Positions 28,290 to 39,031 of a DNA stretch of 64,000 nucleotides are shown here, piece after piece. The notes under the pieces were generated by a model. The model was not told the origin of the DNA, did not search any database, and was given only the letters and a program-made list of their open reading frames with translations. How positions within the stretch are numbered: the stretch's first letter is position 1; every line of letters begins with the position of its first letter. Source of the DNA: Ardenticatenaceae bacterium (GTDB lineage: Bacteria > Chloroflexota > Anaerolineae > Promineifilales > Promineifilaceae); NCBI GenBank assembly GCA_027054335.1, contig JALUPA010000539.1, forward strand, positions 904 through 64,903. Reading direction: 5' to 3'. Both the position numbers and the translations under genes were made by a program.

Positions 28290-28418
28290 CAGGCGCGTCT
28301 TGCGCGGCGGCTCGTGGAACAACAATCAGCACTACGCCCGCGCCGCTTATCGCAACAACAACAATCCAGACAACCGTAACAACAATGTCGGTGTCCGGGT
28401 GTGTCGGCGTGCCGTTCC
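28290..28418 (+). repeat. DGR template repeat (TR)
   Basis: Non-coding copy of the VR in which the variable codons are AAC/AAT (read as [25 protein letters not shown]). Located 145 nt downstream of the target stop. Confidence 0.9.
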
Positions 28419-28731
28419 ACACCTCAATGCGTTTCCTTTTTCCTGGGGTTTCCGAACTCTCCGGCCTCTCGTCAGGTCGTGTGCTGGATTGGAACCGGGC
28501 GGCTGCCCCACCATAGGCAGACTGCTTCCAGTTTATGCCCGCCGGTTACGGCTTGCGGGATGCGGCGCGGGAAGAGTTGAGATGGCGCAGGTTGGTCCCG
28601 TCTGTACGTAGCTGCGGCGGTATGGAGCGCCGCCGGCGTCAGGCGCATATTCAAACCCGGGCGCGGCCTGGATTCGCTCCCGCCGCGCCCGCTCCATTTA
28701 GCCCCGTGCCTGGCGCTTCTGTCAATTTACT

Positions 28732-29079
28732 CTACAGATGAGCCGTTTGCTTAATCCAGCCGCCCAATAAGCGGCCAATCTCGGCCACCATGCGGCTGAC
28801 GTGTTCAAACTGTCCTACAGACAACCAGCGCCACTGGAACGCCAGGCGCAAATACAGCCGCACCTTGTCCAGGCAGGCGTCTGCCCTTTTCAAATGGCGC
28901 AGCCGTACCTTGTCCTCGTACACTTGCGCCTCCAGAATCGCTTCCTGAAAATCCAGCGTTGCTGCCATCAATCTTTGGGTAACTGTGCTGCGATACAGCT
29001 TAGGAAAACCTTCTGATTTGGGTAAAAGCCAATCCAACAAATCAAATGTGCGCGTAAAAATGATCATTTCTGATGACAT
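28732..29079 (-). CDS. avd: DGR accessory variability determinant (Avd, four-helix-bundle protein)
   Basis: 115 aa. The C-terminal [11 protein letters not shown] parallels Bordetella bAvd EVGRILGSWI, and the helix-bundle heptad pattern is present. GAGGAA lies 5 nt upstream of ATG 29079. The gene is on the opposite strand to TR and RT. Confidence 0.8.
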   Translation of the reverse strand: MSSEMIIFTRTFDLLDWLLPKSEGFPKLYRSTVTQRLMAATLDFQEAILEAQVYEDKVRLRHLKRADACLDKVRLYLRLAFQWRWLSVGQFEHVSRMVAEIGRLLGGWIKQTAHL

Positions 29080-30157
29080 CCTGTTTCCTCATATCACAAA
29101 CTGGGAAAATTTGCTAAAAGCGTATTACAAAGCAGCCCGCGGCAAACGAGGGCGTCAGGCTGCCGCCGCCTTTGAATACAAGCTGGCAGACAACCTTCTC
29201 ATTTTACAAGATGAACTGCGTCAGGGCCGCTATAAACCCGGCGCGTACTGTCACTTCGTCATCCGTGAACCGAAACGCCGCCTGATCAGCGCCGCCCCCT
29301 TCCGGGACAGGGTCGTTCATCATGCCTTGTGCCACGTCATCGAACCGCTCTTTGAAACACGTTTTCACCCCCACAGTTACGCCAACCGGGCAGGAAAGGG
29401 CACACACCGGGCAATTGATCAATTACAAGCATTTGCCCGCCATTACCGCTATGTGCTGCGCCTGGATATTGTGCAGCATTTCCCTTCTTTGGATCACGCT
29501 CTCCTTATGCAGGAACTGTTCCGTGTCATCCGAGATGAACAGGTACGCGGGTTAGTAGACGCCATTTTGCAAAGCGGCGCCGGTGTGTTGGCTGACGAGT
29601 ACCACATGGTATATTTTCCGGGCGACGATCTATTTGCCATTAACCGGCCACGGGGTCTGCCCATCGGCAACCTGACCAGCCAGTTTTGGAGCAACTGTTA
29701 TCTGAATCCGCTGGACTGGTTTGTGACGCGGCAGTTAAGCTGCCCGGCTTTCCTGCGCTATGTGGACGATTTCGCCCTGTTTTCTTCTAATAAACAGCAG
29801 CTCTGGCAGTGGCGGGAACAAATCATCACTTTCCTGGCCGGCCTGCGCCTCACCATTCATGAAAGCAGCGCCCAGGTCATGCCGGTCAATAGTGGCATTC
29901 CCTGGTTGGGTTTTATTGTCTATCCCACATACCGTAAGCTAAAACGGCGCAATATCGTGCAGTTTCAGCGGCGATTGGTACACAATATAACTCTGTACCG
30001 CCGGGGCGACATCTCTTTTGCCGAGTTAGACGCCAGCGTTCAGGGTTGGATTAATCATGTGCGTTATGGGAATACCTGGGGGCTGCGGGAACACATTTTC
30101 CAGCAGCCTGGGAATGCAGTTCCCAGGTTGCTACTGCGGGCAGAAAGGCCATATTAA
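29060..30157 (+). CDS. DGR reverse transcriptase
   Basis: Aligns with Bordetella Brt from the N-terminus ([19 protein letters not shown] versus ITTWENLLDAYRKTSHGKR). It has the DGR-specific motif LPIGNLTSQ and the catalytic YVDD. Start set at ATG 29060. Confidence 0.9.
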   Translation: MIISDDILFPHITNWENLLKAYYKAARGKRGRQAAAAFEYKLADNLLILQDELRQGRYKPGAYCHFVIREPKRRLISAAPFRDRVVHHALCHVIEPLFETRFHPHSYANRAGKGTHRAIDQLQAFARHYRYVLRLDIVQHFPSLDHALLMQELFRVIRDEQVRGLVDAILQSGAGVLADEYHMVYFPGDDLFAINRPRGLPIGNLTSQFWSNCYLNPLDWFVTRQLSCPAFLRYVDDFALFSSNKQQLWQWREQIITFLAGLRLTIHESSAQVMPVNSGIPWLGFIVYPTYRKLKRRNIVQFQRRLVHNITLYRRGDISFAELDASVQGWINHVRYGNTWGLREHIFQQPGNAVPRLLLRAERPY

Positions 30158-30198
30158 CTAATCTGCTGAGCATCCCGCCCCAACCACGGATGATGATC

Positions 30199-30351
30199 GT
30201 AGGGGCGGGACGGCGCGGTGCGGTCTTGGGCAAACAAAACGATGTTGTTCCGCGCCGTCTCGCCCGGTGGCGGCCGTGTGTGGGGCGAGACAGGCGGGAG
30301 AGAAGGTGTTGGTGAATGGTAAAGGTGTTTTCCCGCCTGTCCCGCCCCTAC
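30199..30351 (+). repeat. 153-bp GTAG...CTAC structured element (REPIN-like), copy 1
   Basis: Termini are GTAGGGGCGGGAC / GTCCCGCCCCTAC. Three nested internal hairpins (GGACGGCGCGG/CCGCGCCGTC, GTCTCGCCC/GGGCGAGAC, CAGGCGGGA/TCCCGCCTG). Near-identical copy at 30918-31071. Confidence 0.9.
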
Positions 30352-30378
30352 TGTGAATTGTGTATGGTGGATAATCGA

Positions 30379-30921
30379 ATGAATAAATATGATCCGAATA
30401 AACATCGGCATTCCATTCGACTGCGCGGGTGGGATTACCGGTCGCCCGGCCTGTATTTTGTGACAATTTGTACCCATGAACGACAAAACCTGTTTGATAA
30501 CCTGGATTTCCGAGACATTGCGATTTATGCTTTAGGCCGCATTCCCCAACAAAAACATGCCCGGCATGTGCTGGTAGACGAATCGGTGGTGATGCCTAAC
30601 CATGCCCATGCTATTTTGGCGTTTACTGGTTATCCGGAGCAGGCGGATATGACTCGCACCCGCGGAAATTTTGAGAATGCGTTGGCAGGATCATTGGGTG
30701 TGGTTGTGGGGCGGTATAAAACGGCCGTAACTACCCGTATCAACAAATTACGACACAGCAAAGGGGCAAAGGTGTGGCAGCGCGGTTATTATGAACGTAT
30801 CATTCGCAATGAACGAGAATTGCAGGCCACGCAACAATATATTATCAACAATCCGGCACGTTGGGCCGAAGATCGGGATAACCTGGGTATTCTCCTCGCC
30901 AAAATGACATACCATCCGTAG
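30379..30921 (+). CDS. REP-associated tyrosine transposase (RAYT, IS200/IS605 Y1 family)
   Basis: HUH motif (VMPNHAHAIL) and catalytic-Tyr helix (WQRGYYERIIRNERELQATQQYIINNPARW). Start at ATG 30379, because the listed 30316 start lies inside the flanking repeat. The stop TAG is part of the GTAG of the downstream element. Confidence 0.85.
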   Translation: MNKYDPNKHRHSIRLRGWDYRSPGLYFVTICTHERQNLFDNLDFRDIAIYALGRIPQQKHARHVLVDESVVMPNHAHAILAFTGYPEQADMTRTRGNFENALAGSLGVVVGRYKTAVTTRINKLRHSKGAKVWQRGYYERIIRNERELQATQQYIINNPARWAEDRDNLGILLAKMTYHP

Positions 30922-31071
30922 GGGCGGGACGGCGCGGTGCGGTCTTGGCGGAAACAAAACGATGTTGTTCCGCGCCGTCTCGCCCGGTGGCGGCCGTGTG
31001 TGGGGCGAGACAGGCGGGAGAGAAGGTGCTGGTGAATGGTAAAGGTGTTTTCCCGCCTGTCCCGCCCCTAC
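30918..31071 (+). repeat. 154-bp GTAG...CTAC structured element (REPIN-like), copy 2
   Basis: Direct repeat of 30199-30351. By visual alignment the two copies differ by only a 1-nt indel and a few substitutions. Confidence 0.9.
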
Positions 31072-31236
31072 GACAATGGGGGCAAATGGGCAAACCAAAG
31101 TTGACTTCCCTGGCTTCTTTTGCTACGATCTTCGGCATGAAGACACATTTGGTTATTCAAGCCGCAGCCGCCGCCCGGACAAATCGTCTGGCGTGTGGGC
31201 TTGTCTGACTGTTTCCAGCATAAACACAGCATTTAG

Positions 31237-31270
31237 CCGCCAGATTGAGTACCCAGTCTGGCGGTTTTTT
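31237..31270 (+). terminator. intrinsic terminator
   Basis: CCGCCAGA-(12 nt)-TCTGGCGG followed by TTTTTTG. Lies downstream of the RAYT unit and upstream of alaS. Confidence 0.6.
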
Positions 31271-31344
31271 GTTGCTGGGGTACAATTTCAGGATCAAGGT
31301 GACAGGCAGTTGAGAAGTGCCTGTCACCTAAAAATGGAGTGATA

Positions 31345-34035
<2,691 letters not shown>

Positions 34036-34094
34036 TTCGTGATGCGTGAAGGGTGTCCGGGACGTTGGATGTTGTGGTAAAATGGATGATGGAT

Positions 34095-34150
34095 GTAGCC
34101 GCGGTATCCTTACCGCGCAAGCGCAAACGCGGTAGGAATACCGCGGCTAC
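34095..34150. repeat. GTAG...CTAC REP-like long hairpin
   Basis: GTAGCCGCGGTATCCTTACCGCG-caagcgcaaa-CGCGGTAGGAATACCGCGGCTAC. Confidence 0.8.
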
Positions 34151-34167
34151 GGGGAACAGGATGAGTT

Positions 34168-34830
34168 ATGAATACGGCCGTGAAAACCAAAAAAACGTCA
34201 GTAACATTTCCTTTTAAGCTACCGGCAATTCCCCCGTTGGAACCGGGTGAGCGTCTCAGCCGCAATGAATTTGAACGCCGCTATGCGGCCATCCCCCATC
34301 TAAAAAAAGCGGAACTTGTTGAGGGAGTTGTGTATGTACTGCCTCCTGTTCGTTTTCTGAGTCACGGCCGGCCGCACGCCCAGGTTGTTTGCTGGCTGGG
34401 TGTTTATTGCGCGGGTCGTGATGGCGTTTCTGCTGGCAGTAATGCCACTGTGCGTCTGGATGCTGACAATGAGGTGCAGCCGGATGCGCTCTTGCGCTGG
34501 GACGAGAGCAAAGGCGGCCGTTCCCGCATTACGGATGACGATTACCTGGAAGGTCCGCCGGAACTGATTGTGGAAATTGCGGCCAGCAGCGCATCTTACG
34601 ATTTGTATGAAAAGAAGACGGTGTACCGGCGCAACGGGGTGCAGGAGTACGTGGTTTGGCAGATTTACGACGGCCGTCTCGATTGGTTCTGGCTGGACGA
34701 AGGGGTCTACAAAACGTTAGCCCCCGACGAAAACGGCATTATCGCCAGCCGCGTCTTCCCCGGTTTGCGTCTGGACGTTTCCGCGCTGCTCCGCCATGAT
34801 ATGACGGCCGTGTTGCAAGCATTACAGTAA
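34168..34830 (+). CDS. Uma2-family (DUF820) restriction-endonuclease-fold protein
   Basis: Typical Uma2 layout: ...AELVEGVVYV..., QPDALL and PELIVEIAASSASYDLYEKKTVYRRNGVQEYVVW (PD-(D/E)xK-like core). Confidence 0.7.
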   Translation: MNTAVKTKKTSVTFPFKLPAIPPLEPGERLSRNEFERRYAAIPHLKKAELVEGVVYVLPPVRFLSHGRPHAQVVCWLGVYCAGRDGVSAGSNATVRLDADNEVQPDALLRWDESKGGRSRITDDDYLEGPPELIVEIAASSASYDLYEKKTVYRRNGVQEYVVWQIYDGRLDWFWLDEGVYKTLAPDENGIIASRVFPGLRLDVSALLRHDMTAVLQALQ

Positions 34831-34843
34831 TGCGCATCACTCT

Positions 34844-36394
34844 ATGCAAATAATTCCCCTCCAGGCAGAAGACGACATCGTATCTATTGGCGACCGGTTG
34901 GACTGGGCGCACGATGCGCAGGTGATTTTTGTCCTGCCGGAGGATGGCGGCGTCTTGCGGGAAGGGCTGGATTTGGTGCGCCTGCGCCGCTATGCGGATG
35001 AGATGCGGGTAGACGTGGGGCTGGTGACGCCGGATGCGGACATCTCCCGGCAGGCGCGGGCGGTAGGCCTCCCTGTTTTCCCCACCATCGGCCTGGCGCG
35101 GAAAAACCGGCGTGGCTGGTGGCGGGGTCGTAAACGCTCGGAACTGGTGGGATTGCCCTCGAACGGGGATGACCGGTTTGCCGATTTCCGCCGCCTGCCC
35201 CGGATGAGCGCGCCAGACAAGGAGGAAGCGCATCGCCGTCTCTCGCCACCCACAACGCAGCGGCAGTGGGTGCTGCGTTACGGGGCTATCCTCCTCTTTT
35301 TTGTGGTCATTGCCTTGATGTACGTCGCTTTTATCTACAGCGTGCCGGGGGCGACGGTGACGCTGAAACCGGAGAGCCTCCCCCTGCGCGTTGAGCAGTC
35401 CATTCTGGCCGATCCGGTGATTGAGGACGTGGATTACCAGCGGCATCTGGTTCCGGCGCGTATTCTGACAATGACGAGCGAGTGGCAAGCGGAGGTGGAA
35501 CCGACTGGCAGTATTGAAGTGGCGGAAGCGCCGGCGCGCGGGATGGTGGTCTTTGTCAATCTGTTGGATCAACCGGTAACCATTCCGGCCGGGACGCGGG
35601 TCAGCACGTCAGACGGCCGTCAACTGGCCTACCGCACCCTGAACGAAGCCAGCTTGCCCGGTGTGGTCAACAGTACAGTGGAAGTGGAAATCATTGCCGA
35701 GGAGCCGGGGCCGCAGGGGAACGTAGCAGCCGGTCTCATCAACCAGGTAGAGGGATCACTGGCGGCGCAGGTGGAAGTGCGCAATCTGGAACCTATTGAA
35801 GGCGGCGGGACGCGCCCGGCCAAAGCGGTGACGGCCGAAGACCGGGAACGGCTGCGCGCCCAGGTGCTGCAATACCTGAAGGCGGCGGCTTTGGCGGAGA
35901 TGGCCGGGCAGGTGACGGAGCGGGAACTTTTGACGCCAAATTCCCTTCGCGTTGTCAATATCCTGGATGAGACGTATTCCCATGACGTGGGGGAGCAGGC
36001 GGACAGGTTATCCTTGTTTATGCGGGCGGAATGGGCGGGTACGGCCGTCAACACTACAGAAGCGTCGGGCATTGCGTATGAAGCGTTGACCCGGCTGGTG
36101 CCGCCTGACTTTGCCCTGGCGCCGGACAGCATTCGTTTTGAGAGCGGGGAGGTTACGGCCGTAGACGAAGCGGGCCGGGTCACGTTTTCCATGACGGCCG
36201 AAGGGTTAGCGGCGGCTGAGGTGAATCCTTCCGAGCAGATTGAGGCGATTACCGGGCAAATGCCGGATACGGCCGTGGCCTATCTCTACCAACGCCTCCC
36301 CCTGAGCGAACCGCCCCAAATTACCGTCTGGCCTACCTGGTTTGACCGCGTTCCCTACACGCCAGCCCGCATCCAGACAGAGATTGAGCCGTGA
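34844..36394 (+). CDS. hypothetical membrane protein with baseplate-J (gp47)-like central region
   Basis: One TM helix (VLRYGAILLFFVVIALMYVAFIY). The downstream region (GMVVFVNLLDQPVTIPAGTRVST...GPQGNVAAGLINQVEG) resembles baseplate J-like domains. The assignment is tentative. Confidence 0.4.
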   Translation: MQIIPLQAEDDIVSIGDRLDWAHDAQVIFVLPEDGGVLREGLDLVRLRRYADEMRVDVGLVTPDADISRQARAVGLPVFPTIGLARKNRRGWWRGRKRSELVGLPSNGDDRFADFRRLPRMSAPDKEEAHRRLSPPTTQRQWVLRYGAILLFFVVIALMYVAFIYSVPGATVTLKPESLPLRVEQSILADPVIEDVDYQRHLVPARILTMTSEWQAEVEPTGSIEVAEAPARGMVVFVNLLDQPVTIPAGTRVSTSDGRQLAYRTLNEASLPGVVNSTVEVEIIAEEPGPQGNVAAGLINQVEGSLAAQVEVRNLEPIEGGGTRPAKAVTAEDRERLRAQVLQYLKAAALAEMAGQVTERELLTPNSLRVVNILDETYSHDVGEQADRLSLFMRAEWAGTAVNTTEASGIAYEALTRLVPPDFALAPDSIRFESGEVTAVDEAGRVTFSMTAEGLAAAEVNPSEQIEAITGQMPDTAVAYLYQRLPLSEPPQITVWPTWFDRVPYTPARIQTEIEP

Positions 36395-36440
36395 TACGTA
36401 AAAACGTGATGTGTGAAGACGTAGCACTTTTTCACGTATT

Positions 36441-37046
36441 ATGCAGGAGATTGTTTTGAAGCATCCTTTTGACTGGCAATTGTTGACGACAAATTATATT
36501 GTAGAGGAGCCGTGGCTGTCGTTTCGGGTAGACAGGTTTCAGATGCCTAACGGCCGTATCGTAGACCCCTACTACATCATCGAATCGCGGGATTGGGTGA
36601 ATGTGGTGGCAGTGACGCCGGATGAGCAGATTATTCTGGTGCGTCTGTACCGGCCAGGGATTCAAAAGACCATTCTGGAGATTCCCGGCGGTATTGTGGA
36701 TGGCGAGGATGAATCACTGGTGACGGCCGTATCCCGCGAACTCCGGGAAGAAACCGGCTACCACAGCGACGACGTCACTCTGGTAGGCCAGGGCGCGCCC
36801 GACCCGGCCCGCTACGACAATTATGCCTACTACTTTCTGGCCCGCAATGCCTGCAAAGTGGCCGAACCCAATTGGGATGAAAACGAGCAGATGGAAATTT
36901 TGCTCACCCCCATCCCGGAAGTGATTGAAATGCTGCTGGACGGCCGTATCCAGAACGGAATGCAGCAAAATGCGTTGTTTTATGCGTTAGCGGCGTTGGA
37001 AAAGATGAGGTTTGAAAGCGACAAGTTAATTGTGGACAATCACTGA
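36441..37046 (+). CDS. NUDIX hydrolase (ADP-ribose pyrophosphatase-like)
   Basis: Nudix box GGIVDGEDESLVTAVSRELREETGY. Confidence 0.8.
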   Translation: MQEIVLKHPFDWQLLTTNYIVEEPWLSFRVDRFQMPNGRIVDPYYIIESRDWVNVVAVTPDEQIILVRLYRPGIQKTILEIPGGIVDGEDESLVTAVSRELREETGYHSDDVTLVGQGAPDPARYDNYAYYFLARNACKVAEPNWDENEQMEILLTPIPEVIEMLLDGRIQNGMQQNALFYALAALEKMRFESDKLIVDNH

Positions 37047-37064
37047 TTACCAAAGGATAACCTT

Positions 37065-38819
37065 ATGAAACAAGCCATCCTTTCTGTATCCGATAAAACC
37101 GGGCTGGCGGCGCTGGCCCAGGCTTTGCATGAACTGGACTACGCCCTCATTGCCAGCGGCGGTACGGCCCGCGCCATTGCCGCAGCCGGACTCCCCGTGC
37201 AGGAAGTGGCCGACCTGACCGGCGCGCCGGAAATGTTGGGCGGGCGAGTGAAGACGCTCCATCCGGCCGTTCACGGCGGCATTTTGGCGCGCAACATTGC
37301 CAGCGATCAGGCGGATTTGGCGGCGCAGGGCTACCACAACATTGATCTGGTGGTGTGCAACCTGTACCCCTTTCAGCAAACGGTAGCCCAGGAGGACGTC
37401 ACCCTGGCGGAAGCGGTGGAGCAGATTGACATTGGCGGGGTGACGCTGCTGCGGGCGGCAGCCAAAAATTACATCCGGGTGACGGTGGTGTGCGACCCCG
37501 ACGATTACGATACCATCCTGGCGGAAATTCGGGGGCAGGGGGACACCAACCTGACCACCCGGCAAAAACTGGCGTTGCAGGCGTTCCAGCATACGGCCGT
37601 CTACGACGACGCCATCGCCAACTACCTGCGCCAACAGTTCCCCCACACCCGCAGCCAGATCAGCCTGCGCTACGGCGTCAATCCCCACCAACAACCAGCG
37701 CAGTTGTTCACCATGGCCGGGGAACTGCCTCTGCGCGTTCGCAACGGTTCACCGGGGATGATCAATTTGCTGGACGCGCTGCACGGCTGGCCGCTGGTTA
37801 AGGAACTGAAGGCGGCGCTGGGGCTGCCCGCCGCCGCTTCCTTCAAGCACGTCAGCCCCGCGGGGGCGGCCGTAGCCGTACCCCTGACGCCGGAGTTGGA
37901 AAAAGCGTACTTTGTGGCCGATTTGGAATTGTCCCCATTGGCGACCGCCTATGCCCGCGCCCGCGGCGCAGACCGCATGTCCTCGTTTGGCGACTGGATT
38001 GCCTTGAGCGACGTAGTAGACGTGTCTACCGCCCGCCTCATTGCCCGCGAAGTGTCGGACGGGGTGATTGCCCCCGGCTACGAACCGGAAGCGTTAGCCA
38101 TCCTGCAAAGGAAGAAGAAAGGGAATTACCCCGTCATTGAGATTGACCCGGCCTACACGCCCCCGCTGCTGGAACGGCGGCAGGTGTTTGGCCTGACGTT
38201 TGAGCAGCGGCGCAATGACGCGCTGATTGACGCCGCGCTTCTGGAAAATATCGTCTCCCGCAGTAAACATTTGCCGGATATGGCCGGGCGTGACCTGATC
38301 GTGGCTACCATTGCCACCAAGTACGCCCAATCCAACACCGTTTGCTACGCCAAGGACGGGCAGGTGATTGGCATGGGCGCGGGGCAGCAGTCGCGCATTC
38401 ACTGCACCCGTCTGGCGGGGGACAAGGCGGACAACTGGTGGCTGCGCCAGCATCCCCGCGTCCTCACTTTCCGCTTCCAGCCGGACGTGCCCCGCGCGGT
38501 GAAGAACAACGCCATTGATTTGTTTGTCCTGGATGAGATTGGCGACCGGGAACGGCCGTCATGGGAAGCGTTGTTCGAGGCAGTGCCGCCCCGCCTCACG
38601 CCCCAGGAACGGGCGGAATGGCTGGCGCAGATGCGCCACGTCGCCCTCAGTTCTGACGCCTTCTTCCCCTTCCGGGACAACATTGACCGGGCGCAGCGCA
38701 GCGGTGTGCGCTACATCATCGAACCCGGCGGCTCCGTCCGCGACGCGGACATCATCCAGGCCGCCGACGAATATGGCATGACGCTAATCTTTAGCGGGCT
38801 GCGGTTGTTTTTGCATTGA
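37065..38819 (+). CDS. purH: bifunctional AICAR formyltransferase / IMP cyclohydrolase
   Basis: N-terminal MGS-like domain [15 protein letters not shown]...GGTARAI...[21 protein letters not shown], and LRYGVNPHQ in the AICARFT domain. Confidence 0.9.
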   Translation: MKQAILSVSDKTGLAALAQALHELDYALIASGGTARAIAAAGLPVQEVADLTGAPEMLGGRVKTLHPAVHGGILARNIASDQADLAAQGYHNIDLVVCNLYPFQQTVAQEDVTLAEAVEQIDIGGVTLLRAAAKNYIRVTVVCDPDDYDTILAEIRGQGDTNLTTRQKLALQAFQHTAVYDDAIANYLRQQFPHTRSQISLRYGVNPHQQPAQLFTMAGELPLRVRNGSPGMINLLDALHGWPLVKELKAALGLPAAASFKHVSPAGAAVAVPLTPELEKAYFVADLELSPLATAYARARGADRMSSFGDWIALSDVVDVSTARLIAREVSDGVIAPGYEPEALAILQRKKKGNYPVIEIDPAYTPPLLERRQVFGLTFEQRRNDALIDAALLENIVSRSKHLPDMAGRDLIVATIATKYAQSNTVCYAKDGQVIGMGAGQQSRIHCTRLAGDKADNWWLRQHPRVLTFRFQPDVPRAVKNNAIDLFVLDEIGDRERPSWEALFEAVPPRLTPQERAEWLAQMRHVALSSDAFFPFRDNIDRAQRSGVRYIIEPGGSVRDADIIQAADEYGMTLIFSGLRLFLH

Positions 38820-38970
38820 GGCGTGAGGCGTATTGCGTATTGCGTATCCCCTCACCCCCTCACCCTCTCACTCCCCCATGAATTCTACGTTAAAAATATC
38901 CCCGTCTTGACCCATATTGTAAACTAGGGATCAGACAACGGCCGTTTTCCGGCATACAGTCGTAGAAAAT

Positions 38971-39018
38971 GTAGGACGATTTTGTAAATCGTCCGGGCAA
39001 TTTACAAAATTGCCCTAC
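38971..39018. repeat. GTAG...CTAC REP-like compound hairpin
   Basis: GTAGGACGATTTTGTAAATCGTCCGGGCAATTTACAAAATTGCCCTAC. Two inner hairpins within the outer GTAGG/CCTAC stem. Confidence 0.8.
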
Positions 39019-39031
39019 AGGAAAGGTAAAA

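Larger units (their letters stand above)
25257..30157 (+). mobile_element. diversity-generating retroelement (target gene with VR, TR, avd, RT)
   Basis: All four canonical parts are present and described in the individual entries. The VR/TR mismatch pattern is adenine-specific. Confidence 0.9.

Noticed and set aside
28300-28611. ORF translating as [37 protein letters not shown]...
   Set aside because: This is the DGR template repeat read as protein. It has no proper start context and its Asn-rich codons are the adenine-rich template, so it is non-coding RNA template DNA rather than a gene.
30316-30378. Upstream extension of the RAYT ORF (MVKVFSRLSRPYCELCMVDNR)
   Set aside because: The extension lies within or abuts the flanking repeat and has no homology to Y1 transposase N-termini. 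ATG 30379 gives the canonical MNKYDPNKHRHSIRL start.
30154-31098. Two similar minus-strand ORFs (30154-30486 and 30748-31098) sharing ...AGQAGKHLYHSP.PSLPPVSPHTRPPPGETARNNIVLF
   Set aside because: The shared peptide is simply the translation of the two copies of the 153/154-bp GTAG...CTAC element. It is a repeat-induced artefact that overlaps the RAYT gene in antisense.
31072-31344. T-box riboswitch upstream of alaS
   Set aside because: There is no T-box consensus (AAnnnGGGTGGTACCGCG), no specifier-loop or AG-bay features. Only a generic terminator and a palindrome are present.
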